The position numbers and the translations under genes were made by a program. Below are positions 9,687 to 19,217 of a DNA stretch of 64,000 nucleotides, in pieces (within the stretch, counting starts at the first letter, position 1; the number at the start of each line of letters is the position of its first letter). The notes below the pieces were generated by a model. It made no database searches. It was not told the origin of the DNA and worked only from the letters and a program-made list of their open reading frames with translations. Location of the stretch: positions 64,001 to 128,000 of the forward strand of contig JAWODC010000070.1 of the NCBI GenBank assembly GCA_046483495.1, written 5' to 3'. The DNA comes from Desulfobacterales bacterium (GTDB lineage Bacteria > Desulfobacterota > Desulfobacteria > Desulfobacterales > UBA5616).

Positions 9687-10958
9687 CTAAGCCTGCTTAT
9701 GCGGTGCTTCCGTTATCCATCGGCGGATCAGGGAGGCAACTTCCTCACCGGCATCTTCCTGAATGAAGTGTCCGGCATTTTCTATCGTTTCCGCTGCAGC
9801 ATGCCTAAAGACCGCACGCAATTTCGGTTCCCATTGGCGGGTGACGGTGTCTTTTTCGCCCCATGCCAGGAGAACGGGCAGATCCAGTTTTTCAAGGATC
9901 GTTTTGGCGCACCGATTTTCAAAGGCACCGGGATGGTCCGGCCGAACGGGGACCAAACGGGGAAATATCAGCGCCGCAGTCTGGTGTTTCTTTGTCGGAA
10001 ACGGCGAAGCATAGGCGTTTGCTTCCGGGTCGGTCAGCCCTGTTGTAACTGTTGATGACATCAGTCGGGAAATGTCGAGCTCCTTCGATGTCTGGGAAAA
10101 TTTGCGCCAGGCCATAAACGCGCCGCCAGCCGGTTCACCTGTAGGGAGGCCGGTGTTCATGGCGACCAGGCGGGAAAACCTGTCCGGCATTTCCGAAAGA
10201 ACACGCATTCCGATCAGTCCGCCCCAGTCCTGGCAAACCAGGGTGATCCGTTCCAAGGCCAGACTGCGGATAAAGGTGCGCATCCATCGCACAAAGGATT
10301 TGTACGTGTATGCCTGGGGCAGCGTCGGTTTGTCGGAGCGGCCGAACCCGATTTGATCGGGCACAATCACCCTTCCGACCTCGGAAAGAGCGGGAATCAT
10401 CTTTCGATATAAAAAACCCCATGTGGGTTCGCCATGCAGGCAAAGAACGGGATCGCCCTGACCGGACTCGACGTAGGCCATTTTCAAGTCTTCGATGTCG
10501 ACATATTTAGGCTCGTATGGGAAATCAGGCAAATGGCTGAATCGGGAATCGGGTGTTCTCGCCACGGCCCCTTCAGGCCACGTAAACGCCGGAGGATTGT
10601 TCCCGGCCAATGCCAGTTTTTCCACAGTTTTCGGATCGAGATCCGGTGTTATTTCCGCAACCCACTTGGAAAAATCGAGCAAATCCAGGTTGATTTCATG
10701 CTCCGGAGGTCTGGGCTCGTACCGGTCCCAATGACCGTAAACAATTGCCGTTGAAGGCCGGCCTTTACCGAAATCACCCAGTTCAAGGGCATAGAGGTGA
10801 TCATGGCCGGAGCGCCAGTATACTTTTCCGGAGCGGATTCCCACCGCCCGCTCGACGGCTTCGGCGGTTTTTGGGCGAACATCCAGTTCCTGCTCCCACA
10901 GTACCGGATCAGGACGAAGATTTGCAAGCTCTTCCGAAGAGACGGTGATAAAATCCAT
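9687..10958 (-). CDS. Haloalkane dehalogenase-family protein with a ~125-aa N-terminal extension
   Basis: RTPDSRF, LHGEPTW, GFGRSDKP, QDWGG and AGHFIQED motifs. Confidence 0.85.
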   Translation of the reverse strand: MDFITVSSEELANLRPDPVLWEQELDVRPKTAEAVERAVGIRSGKVYWRSGHDHLYALELGDFGKGRPSTAIVYGHWDRYEPRPPEHEINLDLLDFSKWVAEITPDLDPKTVEKLALAGNNPPAFTWPEGAVARTPDSRFSHLPDFPYEPKYVDIEDLKMAYVESGQGDPVLCLHGEPTWGFLYRKMIPALSEVGRVIVPDQIGFGRSDKPTLPQAYTYKSFVRWMRTFIRSLALERITLVCQDWGGLIGMRVLSEMPDRFSRLVAMNTGLPTGEPAGGAFMAWRKFSQTSKELDISRLMSSTVTTGLTDPEANAYASPFPTKKHQTAALIFPRLVPVRPDHPGAFENRCAKTILEKLDLPVLLAWGEKDTVTRQWEPKLRAVFRHAAAETIENAGHFIQEDAGEEVASLIRRWITEAPHKQA

Positions 10959-10960
10959 AC

Positions 10961-11875
10961 CTACACCTCCACGTCTTTTTTGAGAAAATCAACAATGGAT
11001 GCAACGAGATCCGGTCCCCTGTCGTCCTGGAGAAAATGCCGGGCGTTGTCAAATTCAATGGGGCCTTTAGCATGAGGAAGCAGTTCCTTGAACCGGTAAG
11101 CGTATTCTATCGGGAAGACCTCGTCTTCAGGCGCCCAGAGGAGCAGTATCGGAGTATTGGAAAGCTCGTTCAGCCGATCCTGGATATGCTGCATGTCCGC
11201 CCACCCGCGATCGCCCTTTTCCAACGGAATGGTGCGAGGCCACGTCAGGACGACGTGGTCCGAACCGGGTTCATCGAACACATGGTGATACGCCCTCGCC
11301 TCTGTTTCCGTCATGCGGCGCCGGGTGGTCACCGAAGGGCCTCCGTGTGACAGAACCTTCAGGCGTTTGTTAAAAAACTGGCCCACTATCGGTGCATGCC
11401 AGGTTGTCCAGGGAAAAGGGCTTGCATGAAACCTGCCGACATAATCGGTAAACGCCCACGTGTTCATGAGGACGACCGCGGATAACCGTTCAATCCGGCA
11501 GAGCGCCGCCCCCAATCCCTGGGGGCCGCCCCAGTCCTGGCCGACGATCACGAACTCCATCAGCTCCAGCTGATCCAGAAAAGAAACCAGGTCTGAGATA
11601 TGATGCGCAAACGTGAGGGCCGCATCCATTCGAGGGTGATCCGAATAACCGTCTCCAATCCAGTCCACGGCAATGGGCCGGAATCCTGAGTCCGCCAACA
11701 CGGGAATAAAATCCCGGTACAAGAATCCCCAGGTCGGGTTTCCCGACAACAGAATAACGGGCCGCGCCTCCGAACTTCCTTCATCCACATAGGCCATTGT
11801 TCGACCGTTGACTTGGATGGATTTCTGCTCCCATGGAAACAATTGCTTCAGCCACTCGGGTTTCGGTCTTAACAT
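10961..11875 (-). CDS. Haloalkane dehalogenase-family alpha/beta hydrolase
   Basis: Probable start 11875 (MLRPKPEW) after a GGGGAG RBS; SGNPTW, QDWGG, HFLQDD motifs. Confidence 0.8.
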   Translation of the reverse strand: MLRPKPEWLKQLFPWEQKSIQVNGRTMAYVDEGSSEARPVILLSGNPTWGFLYRDFIPVLADSGFRPIAVDWIGDGYSDHPRMDAALTFAHHISDLVSFLDQLELMEFVIVGQDWGGPQGLGAALCRIERLSAVVLMNTWAFTDYVGRFHASPFPWTTWHAPIVGQFFNKRLKVLSHGGPSVTTRRRMTETEARAYHHVFDEPGSDHVVLTWPRTIPLEKGDRGWADMQHIQDRLNELSNTPILLLWAPEDEVFPIEYAYRFKELLPHAKGPIEFDNARHFLQDDRGPDLVASIVDFLKKDVEV

Positions 11876-12231
11876 ATCTCCCCCATTTTCTTTGTGCACG
11901 GCGGGATTTATCATGCTTTTGCCGGTCCAAACCGTGGTTGTCATGAACTTCCGATTTGAATTGTAGCCTGCCATATCAGAGAATTTTTAACAAGCGGCAT
12001 TGTCGTTTAATCGAATGAAAAATTTTTCTTCAACCCTGATCATTGGTGAGCCGAATTGAATGCCCCGTTTACCTGAAGCGAATTATCTCATTAGTTGATG
12101 GCGACTGCCTGGTGTAAGCGAATACTGAAAAATCGTCCGAGCAGTACACAACAGCATGTATATCATCGAGAAGCAGTTCATCATAGAATTGGAGAATAGT
12201 AGAAAGAGCGGGATAAAGGAGGTATGGTGGT

Positions 12232-12423
12232 ATGCCTGAGAAGTATAATGATGAGCTGTTTTTGGCGGCGCTGGCCATGTTCAGGTTGAGCCCCACAGAC
12301 CATAAAACATTGACGTCCGAGATGATCTGCTCGGTGTATGAAAAAGTGCTGGAAGCAAAAAAAAGATGCCAAAAGGGCCGTAAGCAGGATCCTTATGATA
12401 ACGAGGGATTATCGATCATGTAG
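12232..12423 (+). CDS. Small hypothetical protein (63 aa)
   Basis: Strong AAGGAGG RBS 9 nt before ATG; fills the intergenic gap. Confidence 0.45.
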   Translation: MPEKYNDELFLAALAMFRLSPTDHKTLTSEMICSVYEKVLEAKKRCQKGRKQDPYDNEGLSIM

Positions 12424-12454
12424 GGGCATGGGGACTTCCAGGAAAAAAATGCCT

Positions 12455-13105
12455 CTATGAAGGAAGCTTTTTTAACGCTTCCAGCGTGTGATCGGGATCG
12501 ACCCTGATGGTGTGGTCCGCACTGACCTTTGCGTATCGAATCGTCATGTGTCGATCGACGATATAGCGCGAAACCATCGGCAATTTCCAGGGATCGTCCC
12601 CATTATAGTCCTCCAGGTTAATGCCCATCTGAAGGTAAGCATGCTTGAGATCCTCGGAAAAGGCATACGCCACTCCATATTGTTCGGAAACGCGGTTTCC
12701 CGAATCGCTCAATAATTCCAGGGTCAACCCCTTCTCTTTCATAAAAATATGGGATTGCTCCTCTGTTTGAGGTGAAACCATCAGAATGGAGGCGCCATCG
12801 GATTGAAATCGTGGTTGCGCCTTCTCAAGAGCCTCCAGCTCCAGATTGCAAAAAGGTCACCACCGGCCCCGGTAAAAGCCTAACACCACCGGTCCTCTGG
12901 AAATCGTCTCTTTTAAGTTGACGGATTCGCCCCGGGCATTCGGCAGCGTAAAGTCGGGAGCCTGATCCCCTTCTTTTAAAGCCCGGTCCGGCAGGCCTGA
13001 ATCCTGAAGATTTTTTATGGCGCGACGCATCACTTCTTGAATATCCTTCGGAATGGATTTTTGCGACTGGGCTTTTTTTTCCTGAATCTTTTCTTCTAAA
13101 TCCAT
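12455..13105 (-). CDS. Peroxiredoxin-like (AhpC/TSA) probable selenoprotein with in-frame UGA (UxxC)
   Basis: ORFs 12857-13105 and 12455-12781 are in one frame, separated only by TGA 12859-12857: APDFTLPNA...GFYRGRW-U-PFCNLELEALEK; homologs read FYRGxWCPxC. Confidence 0.85.
12818..12859 (-). promoter_or_regulatory. Candidate bacterial SECIS hairpin
   Basis: mRNA UGA-CCUUUUUGCAAUCUGGAGCUGGAGGCUCUUGAGAAGG can pair CCUUUUU/GAGAAGG and GAGC/GCUC around a G-containing loop, directly 3' of the UGA. Confidence 0.5.
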
Positions 13106-13186
13106 ATCATCATCTCCTTTTCAGCGGCTTGGCTTTCGTTTTCAGTATACTCGAAAAAATTCACAAACGATTTGGGGTAAACACCC

Positions 13187-13333
13187 TAAAACCGGTTTCA
13201 AAACCCCCCTCAGGCCCGATATCGGCGTTGGGATGAAGGATTAAATGCTCAAAATACGTCTTGCATGCCTGTGCTTGAATCTTTCCTCCCGCCTTGATCC
13301 TGAACCTGATTGAAGGTTTTGAAACCCGTTTTA
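13187..13333. repeat. 147-bp nested-hairpin repeat, variant with different terminal inverted repeats
   Basis: 19-bp terminal IR TAAAACCGGTTTCAAAACC / GGTTTTGAAACCCGTTTTA (1 mismatch); the minus strand carries the same core TCAAGGCG..CAGG..GTATTTTGAG..CAACGC as copies A-C. Confidence 0.75.
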
Positions 13334-13646
13334 ATAGCTTGCTCTGAACGCGTTATGTTCGAGATTTCCACGATACCGGTTTTGATGATAAGATTACGTT
13401 TATGCTTTCCGCGAAGACGTTTATCCCATTTTAACAAAAACAGAAATTTTCTCATATGCACATCGGGATAGGCATGGGCAGGGCGCTTTTTTTGTGGTAT
13501 AAGAAAATTTGTCTGAAACATCCAGACCATGCCCGGATGGCTGATTCTTACCATTTCCATATCAACATTATTACATCTGCTGCCGTTCGTTTTTGAGTAT
13601 TCGCTGCTGTGCATCCGCAAATCTACCGGGATGTCAGGAGGCCAGG

Positions 13647-14939
13647 ATGAAAATCCGAATGAACATCTACTATGGCTGGTGGATTGTCAGCGCCTTTTTC
13701 ATTACCCTTTTCATGGCGGCGGGAATTGCGGCAACCCACACGGTTTTCTTTAAATCCATCAGCGGTGATTTCGGATGGAGCCGCACCGCTTTTTCAACGG
13801 TCCTGTCCATCAACGTCATCCTCGGTTCATTGACAGCGCCGATATGGGGACGACTGGTGGACAGAAGGGGGGCACGTCTTGTCGTACCCTTGGGTGTCGT
13901 CATGGTCGGAGGGTCCCTTTTGCTGCTCAGCACCATGAGTTCCCTGACCGAAGCCTATCTGTTCTATATTTTTCTGGCTATAGGCGCCGGCGGCATTACA
14001 CTTATCCCCATCAGCTCGGCTGTATCACGGTGGTTTGTGCGCCGCAGGGGCTTGGCCATGGGTGTCACCCTCGCCGGCATCAGTATCGGGGGCATGTTTC
14101 TGGCTCCCCTGGCGGGGTGGCTCGTCAATAGTGTCGGCTGGCGGACCGGTTACCGGCTGTATGGGATTGCGTTGTGGGCCTTGTTGATTCCAATGCTTCT
14201 GATCGTCCTTCGACGGTCTCCCCGGGACAAGGGGCTGCTGCCGGATGGAGAGATACCCAAAGATACGCCCCCGGAGGAACCCATTTCATCCGTTCCGGAC
14301 GAACCGGCAGGGCTTACGCTGAAGCAGGCGATCAAAACACGAACCTTTTGGCTGATTGCCGTTGGTTTCATGCTGCCCATGTTTGCCGGCCGAGCGCTTC
14401 TTATTCACCTGGTCCCGATTATCACCGACTCGGGCATTTCCGCCGAAACGGCTGCGTCCGTTTATGGCTTCACGGTGGGCCTTAGCATTGTGGGCCGCCT
14501 TGGGTTCGGCTATGCAGCGGATAGATTCAGCGTTAGACGGATTTACGCCCTGTGTTATGCTGTAGAGGCTATCGGTATTTTTTGTCTTGTCGGCCTCGGG
14601 TCTTACGGAAACATAGCATTAATCGGATTCATTATCGTTTTTGGCATGAGCTACGGGGGAGGTATGTCCTTATCGCCGCTGCTCATCGGCAAAAGTTTCG
14701 GCATTGCCTTCATGGGTGAGATTTTCGGCGCCTTGGGTATCGCCGCCATGGTAGGGGGTGCGATCGGCCCTGTTTTTGCCGGATACAATTACGACCACTA
14801 TGGTACGTATCATTATGCCTTTATCGTATTTCTGGCCACACAACTTATTGCTGTCGCTGCCATTTACAATTCCCGATCGGCACTGGGTCAGGCAGGAAAA
14901 CCCCTCGAAGCCGCCCCGGTTGGTGAATCGGCTTCATAG
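13647..14939 (+). CDS. MFS transporter (oxalate/formate or monocarboxylate-like)
   Basis: Start ATG 13647 after AGGAGG; YYGW, GRLVDRRG motif A, WF.RRRGLAMG, about 12 hydrophobic segments. Confidence 0.9.
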   Translation: MKIRMNIYYGWWIVSAFFITLFMAAGIAATHTVFFKSISGDFGWSRTAFSTVLSINVILGSLTAPIWGRLVDRRGARLVVPLGVVMVGGSLLLLSTMSSLTEAYLFYIFLAIGAGGITLIPISSAVSRWFVRRRGLAMGVTLAGISIGGMFLAPLAGWLVNSVGWRTGYRLYGIALWALLIPMLLIVLRRSPRDKGLLPDGEIPKDTPPEEPISSVPDEPAGLTLKQAIKTRTFWLIAVGFMLPMFAGRALLIHLVPIITDSGISAETAASVYGFTVGLSIVGRLGFGYAADRFSVRRIYALCYAVEAIGIFCLVGLGSYGNIALIGFIIVFGMSYGGGMSLSPLLIGKSFGIAFMGEIFGALGIAAMVGGAIGPVFAGYNYDHYGTYHYAFIVFLATQLIAVAAIYNSRSALGQAGKPLEAAPVGESAS

Positions 14940-15066
14940 CTCAATTCCCCCGCTTCCATACGAAGGAAAGAGCCGTTGGGCCATTCGCCGGCAAGAAAAA
15001 CCAGACGGGCGCGACGGGATCCGGGTTTTGCGCTGTTGTTAACTTTTTTTCCACCGAAAGGAGCCG

Positions 15067-15927
15067 ATGATGTATACGACGATTCGAACCGAATTGGACA
15101 AAGGGGTTTTCTCGATTATATTATGCCGCCCCGAGGCGTATAATACCATAACCCCCGAACTGGCCAATGACCTTGGCACCGCCATCGATGAAGCCGATGC
15201 CGACGAAAAGACCCGGGTCATTCTATTGAGATCGGAAGGCCCGGCGTTTTGTGCCGGATATGGCCTCGATTGGTCAACGAAAGCACAGGCTGCGGAATCG
15301 GACCAAACCCGCATATGGGATTCCATTGCCGATTATCAGATGATGTCCGGTTTCGTCAATGTTTACCAGAAACTCTGGTATGCTTCCAAACCCTCTATCG
15401 CGGCGGTTCAGGGGTGGTGTATATGCGGCGGTACGGATCTCGTTTTGTGGTCCGATATTATCATCGCATCAGAAACGTCTGTTTTCGGTTATCCCACTTC
15501 ACGCCTGTGGGGCGTACCGACCACGGCCATGTGGGTCTACAGAATCGGATTTGAAAAAGCCAAGCGGTATTTGCTCACCGGTGATGAAATTCCTGGGCCG
15601 AAGGCCGCCGAAATCGGTCTTATTTTGGAAACCGTACCTGATGATAAACTCCAGGATTATGCAATGGCTATGGCAAGGCGAATGGCTTTGCTGCCGCTCA
15701 ATCAACTGCAAATGATAAAGCTCTACTGCAACCAGATCGCCGAAAATATGGGCATTCAATCACAGAAGACTTTGGGAATCCTTTTTGACGGTGTGGCCCG
15801 CCACACGCAGGAGGGGCTCGATTTTGTCAAAAAGGCGAATGAGATAGGCTTTAGAGCGGTCGTTCGCAGGCGAGATGAACCCTTTGGTGATTACGGTTCC
15901 GGTCCAAGAGCGAAGAAGAAAAAATAA
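15067..15927 (+). CDS. Enoyl-CoA hydratase/isomerase (crotonase) family protein
   Basis: AFCAGYG, KPSIAAVQGWCICGG, LLTGD motifs. Confidence 0.85.
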   Translation: MMYTTIRTELDKGVFSIILCRPEAYNTITPELANDLGTAIDEADADEKTRVILLRSEGPAFCAGYGLDWSTKAQAAESDQTRIWDSIADYQMMSGFVNVYQKLWYASKPSIAAVQGWCICGGTDLVLWSDIIIASETSVFGYPTSRLWGVPTTAMWVYRIGFEKAKRYLLTGDEIPGPKAAEIGLILETVPDDKLQDYAMAMARRMALLPLNQLQMIKLYCNQIAENMGIQSQKTLGILFDGVARHTQEGLDFVKKANEIGFRAVVRRRDEPFGDYGSGPRAKKKK

Positions 15928-15957
15928 TTCGCACCCTCTTTTTCAAAGGAGGTTTAT

Positions 15958-17076
15958 ATGGCCGCAATCGGGAAACGCAAGGCTGACCTGGACACCCCCT
16001 GCCTCGTCCTGGATGTAGAAATATTCGAGCAAAACCTGCAAAAGATGCAGGACGCCGCCGATCGTGCGGGCAAACAGCTTCGTCCGCATGTCAAAACACA
16101 CAAGTGTACGGCGCTGGCCCAAAGGCAAATGGACTGCGGCGCCAAGGGCCTCTGTGTCGCAAAAATTTCTGAAGCGGCGGTGCTGGTCAAGGCGCGATTC
16201 GATGACATTCTCATCACCGCGCCGGTGGTGACGCCCCGAAAAATTGAAATGCTGCTTGACCTTCTCGGCACCTGCCCTTCCTTGATGGTCGTTGTAGATC
16301 ATCCTGAAAACATAAAGCTTCTCGATGCCCGATTGGGCAATAGAGGGATGTCTATGGGGGTTCTCCTCGATATCGACGTCGGATTGAACCGGACTGGCGT
16401 GAAGCCGTCAGACGCACCGGCCATGGCAAAACACATCGTTTCGCAGCCGAACCTGCGCCTTCTGGGCGTTCAGGCATACGCCGGTCACGTGCAGCACATT
16501 CAGTCCTATGAAACCAGAAAGCGCGAATCCCGCAAATGCCTGCAGGACGCTGTGCGTGCATTTGGTGACATTCAAAACTATGTTCCAACCTGCACTATTT
16601 TCAGCGCTTCCGGCACCGGTACCTTCGACATCGATCTCGCAGTCGCCGAAATTTCGGAACTCCAGGTGGGATCGTATGTTTTCATGGATGCCGAGTATCT
16701 TGCGATTGGATCGGCTGATGACGAGAACCGATTCGTAACTTTTGCCCCTGCTTTGCGGTTGCTGACTACGGTGATAAGCACCAATCAAAAAGGGTTTGTC
16801 ACCGTCGATGCGGGCCTCAAGACGCTTTATAAAGACGGAGGGATACCGCAAGTCATCAGCCCGAAAGATCCGCCGCTGGAATATTATTGGTTTGGGGATG
16901 AACACGGCATGATCATCGGCGGGGAGAATTCAGCGATGCCACCGCTTGGCGCCGTCATCGAAGTCGTTACCTCTCATTGCGACCCGACGGTAAATATGTT
17001 CGATACGTACTATCTGACCGGAAAAGACGAAGTGGTCGGCAATTGGCCCATCGATATGAGAGGGTGCAGCCAATGA
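15958..17076 (+). CDS. DSD1/D-threonine aldolase-family PLP enzyme (fold type III)
   Basis: LDTPCL, LRPHVKTHK, RTGV, QAYAGH, ELQVGSYVFMD, DEHG, HCDPTVN motifs. Confidence 0.9.
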   Translation: MAAIGKRKADLDTPCLVLDVEIFEQNLQKMQDAADRAGKQLRPHVKTHKCTALAQRQMDCGAKGLCVAKISEAAVLVKARFDDILITAPVVTPRKIEMLLDLLGTCPSLMVVVDHPENIKLLDARLGNRGMSMGVLLDIDVGLNRTGVKPSDAPAMAKHIVSQPNLRLLGVQAYAGHVQHIQSYETRKRESRKCLQDAVRAFGDIQNYVPTCTIFSASGTGTFDIDLAVAEISELQVGSYVFMDAEYLAIGSADDENRFVTFAPALRLLTTVISTNQKGFVTVDAGLKTLYKDGGIPQVISPKDPPLEYYWFGDEHGMIIGGENSAMPPLGAVIEVVTSHCDPTVNMFDTYYLTGKDEVVGNWPIDMRGCSQ

Positions 17077-17250
17077 ACGATTGAGGTCATCCCTATGCCT
17101 CTCACAAAAATTTGCCTGGTGGGAACGGGGAGGCAACGAATACAGGTTCGGCCTTATTTACCTCGAAATTTTGGATACTTATTATGTAAACTGTCGGCGC
17201 ACAAGGCCTCGACATTCAAAAGGGGAAAAAAGAAATATACGGCAGAACCC

Positions 17251-18750
17251 ATGATTGTTGAAATGCACTGCCATACAACGGAGCATTCCGCGTGCAGCCA
17301 TGTTGGCGCTGCAGATCTGGTGAAGAAGGCTTTTCACGTCGGAATTCAGGCCGTGGTCATTACCGATCACCATTATCAATGGGATGATGACGAGCTGTGC
17401 GGGCTTCGACGAACATCCGGACTACCTGAAATATTCATCCTGTTATCCGGACAGGAAGTCACCACTTACGACTTTGGTGACGTCCTCGTATATGGGGCGG
17501 CGGCAACGATTCCCAAACAAAAAATTTCCCTGGCAGAAATCAGGGCGATGAATCCCGCCGCCGCAATCGTCTGGGCTCACCCATACCGCAATAAAAAAAT
17601 CCCTCGCCCGGAACAGCTGATGAATCCCCTCTTGGACGGTGTCGAGATATTCAGTTCCAATTACACGATCTTAGAGGCGACCCGGGCGTTGAAAGACTGG
17701 CATACTTACAAGTTTACCGCGACCGCCGGCACGGACACCCATGCATACAGCTATACCGGTTCCTATCCGACCGTGTTTGACCACCCGGTGCAGTCGATCA
17801 CCCAACTGGCTGAAGAAATAAAGGCGGGAAGATGTCGCCCCTATTTCAGGGAATCGCCCAAAACAGGCACAACCCGAACGAAAATATCCGAGTTGAAAAT
17901 CGGCCCCGGAACCCCTGAAAAAAGAAACGCCGTCATCGTAAAGACGGTAGAGGATACCGGTTCGTGGGAATCCGGTGAGCGATCCTTCCGCATTGTCGAC
18001 TATTTGGCAAAACAGGGATTCGACGGGGGGCCTTACCGGGTTCCGAAACCGCTCGACAAAGATGCCTACATCCTTTCTTTTATTGAAGAAAAAGTCGAAG
18101 GCGACACCTTGTTCGATGCGCTGGTGAAATCAACGCCGAAAAAAGCGCCCCTATATCTGGAGATGGCGGCCAAGTGGCTGAGCAAATTGCATCATTTGCG
18201 CATCAAACTGACCTCTGATGAAGAATTTTTATTCCTCGAACCTGAAAGGCTGGAAAATTACCTGAAAATTCATCATAAAAATATCGAGCGTGTTCGAGAG
18301 ATAAAAAATGTCGTATTGGAAAAAGAACTCGACTTGATTGAAAACCGACCGGAAATTCTCATTCAGGGACATGGTGATTTTCATCCGAAAAACATGATCG
18401 TCGGCAGGGATGAATCAAGAAAAGAATTTGTCGCAGCAATCGATTTCGACAGCTCTTATCAGCTGCCGCGTGCGTTCGACGTGGGAACGTTTTTAGCGCA
18501 GTACAATAACATGTTTTTTGATGAACCCGGTGTTCAAACACATGCCCCATCGGACATTTTCCTTGCGGCCTATCTGTCGGCCGTCCGGGACCTCGAAGAT
18601 GATTTTATGTCTCAGGTGAGTTTGTTCAAGGCAAGGACGTATATCAGCATATTGTATTACCTCTTGAAAGTGGGAAAAGGCGATACTGAAAATTTCTGGA
18701 CGATATTGGTTAAAGCAGAAAAAAGTTTGTCTGCTACCGCGTTTCGATAA
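17251..18750 (+). CDS. PHP phosphoesterase domain fused to an APH/choline-kinase-like phosphotransferase domain
   Basis: N-terminal MHCHT, ITDHH, AHPYR, GTDTH (PHP); C-terminal HGDFHPKN and IDFD (APH-like kinase). Probable start ATG 17251. Confidence 0.8.
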   Translation: MIVEMHCHTTEHSACSHVGAADLVKKAFHVGIQAVVITDHHYQWDDDELCGLRRTSGLPEIFILLSGQEVTTYDFGDVLVYGAAATIPKQKISLAEIRAMNPAAAIVWAHPYRNKKIPRPEQLMNPLLDGVEIFSSNYTILEATRALKDWHTYKFTATAGTDTHAYSYTGSYPTVFDHPVQSITQLAEEIKAGRCRPYFRESPKTGTTRTKISELKIGPGTPEKRNAVIVKTVEDTGSWESGERSFRIVDYLAKQGFDGGPYRVPKPLDKDAYILSFIEEKVEGDTLFDALVKSTPKKAPLYLEMAAKWLSKLHHLRIKLTSDEEFLFLEPERLENYLKIHHKNIERVREIKNVVLEKELDLIENRPEILIQGHGDFHPKNMIVGRDESRKEFVAAIDFDSSYQLPRAFDVGTFLAQYNNMFFDEPGVQTHAPSDIFLAAYLSAVRDLEDDFMSQVSLFKARTYISILYYLLKVGKGDTENFWTILVKAEKSLSATAFR

Positions 18751-18767
18751 AAGACAACAAGCCGGTG

Positions 18768-19142
18768 TTATTCTCCACTCCCGATCAGGGGGAGCTCCTT
18801 TTCCACCGCAAAAAAGACGAGATACAGTTTCTTGTCTTTTCCATAGATGTGCTGTCTGCGATGCAGCGATTCAATCTGTTCAGGGTCCTGATTCTCCCGA
18901 ACTTTGGTCAAAAACAGCCGCTTGCCGTTATACCCCGGCCCCTTTTCGACAAACAAATAACAGGCATTGGGATTGGATTGAAGGTTGTTATGGGTCAGTC
19001 TTTCCCGCATGATCATGGCAATCGTACCATCGTCCATGATATGGGGTCTTGCGTAAACCGCCGCATCCACGTTTCCATCGGCATCTGCGGTCGCCAACAC
19101 ACCGATACCTTCCGTTTTCTCGAAGTATTCTTTAAGTTCCAT
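18768..19142 (-). CDS. Pyridoxamine 5'-phosphate oxidase-like FMN-binding protein
   Basis: GVLATAD..G, YARPH, T..NL..NP.A motifs. Confidence 0.8.
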   Translation of the reverse strand: MELKEYFEKTEGIGVLATADADGNVDAAVYARPHIMDDGTIAMIMRERLTHNNLQSNPNACYLFVEKGPGYNGKRLFLTKVRENQDPEQIESLHRRQHIYGKDKKLYLVFFAVEKELPLIGSGE

Positions 19143-19217
19143 TGCTGTTCTCCAATGATCTTTTTTTCGATATTTTTTTTATATTAAACTTCGCGCGTTT
19201 CCGTAATAGAGTCAATG

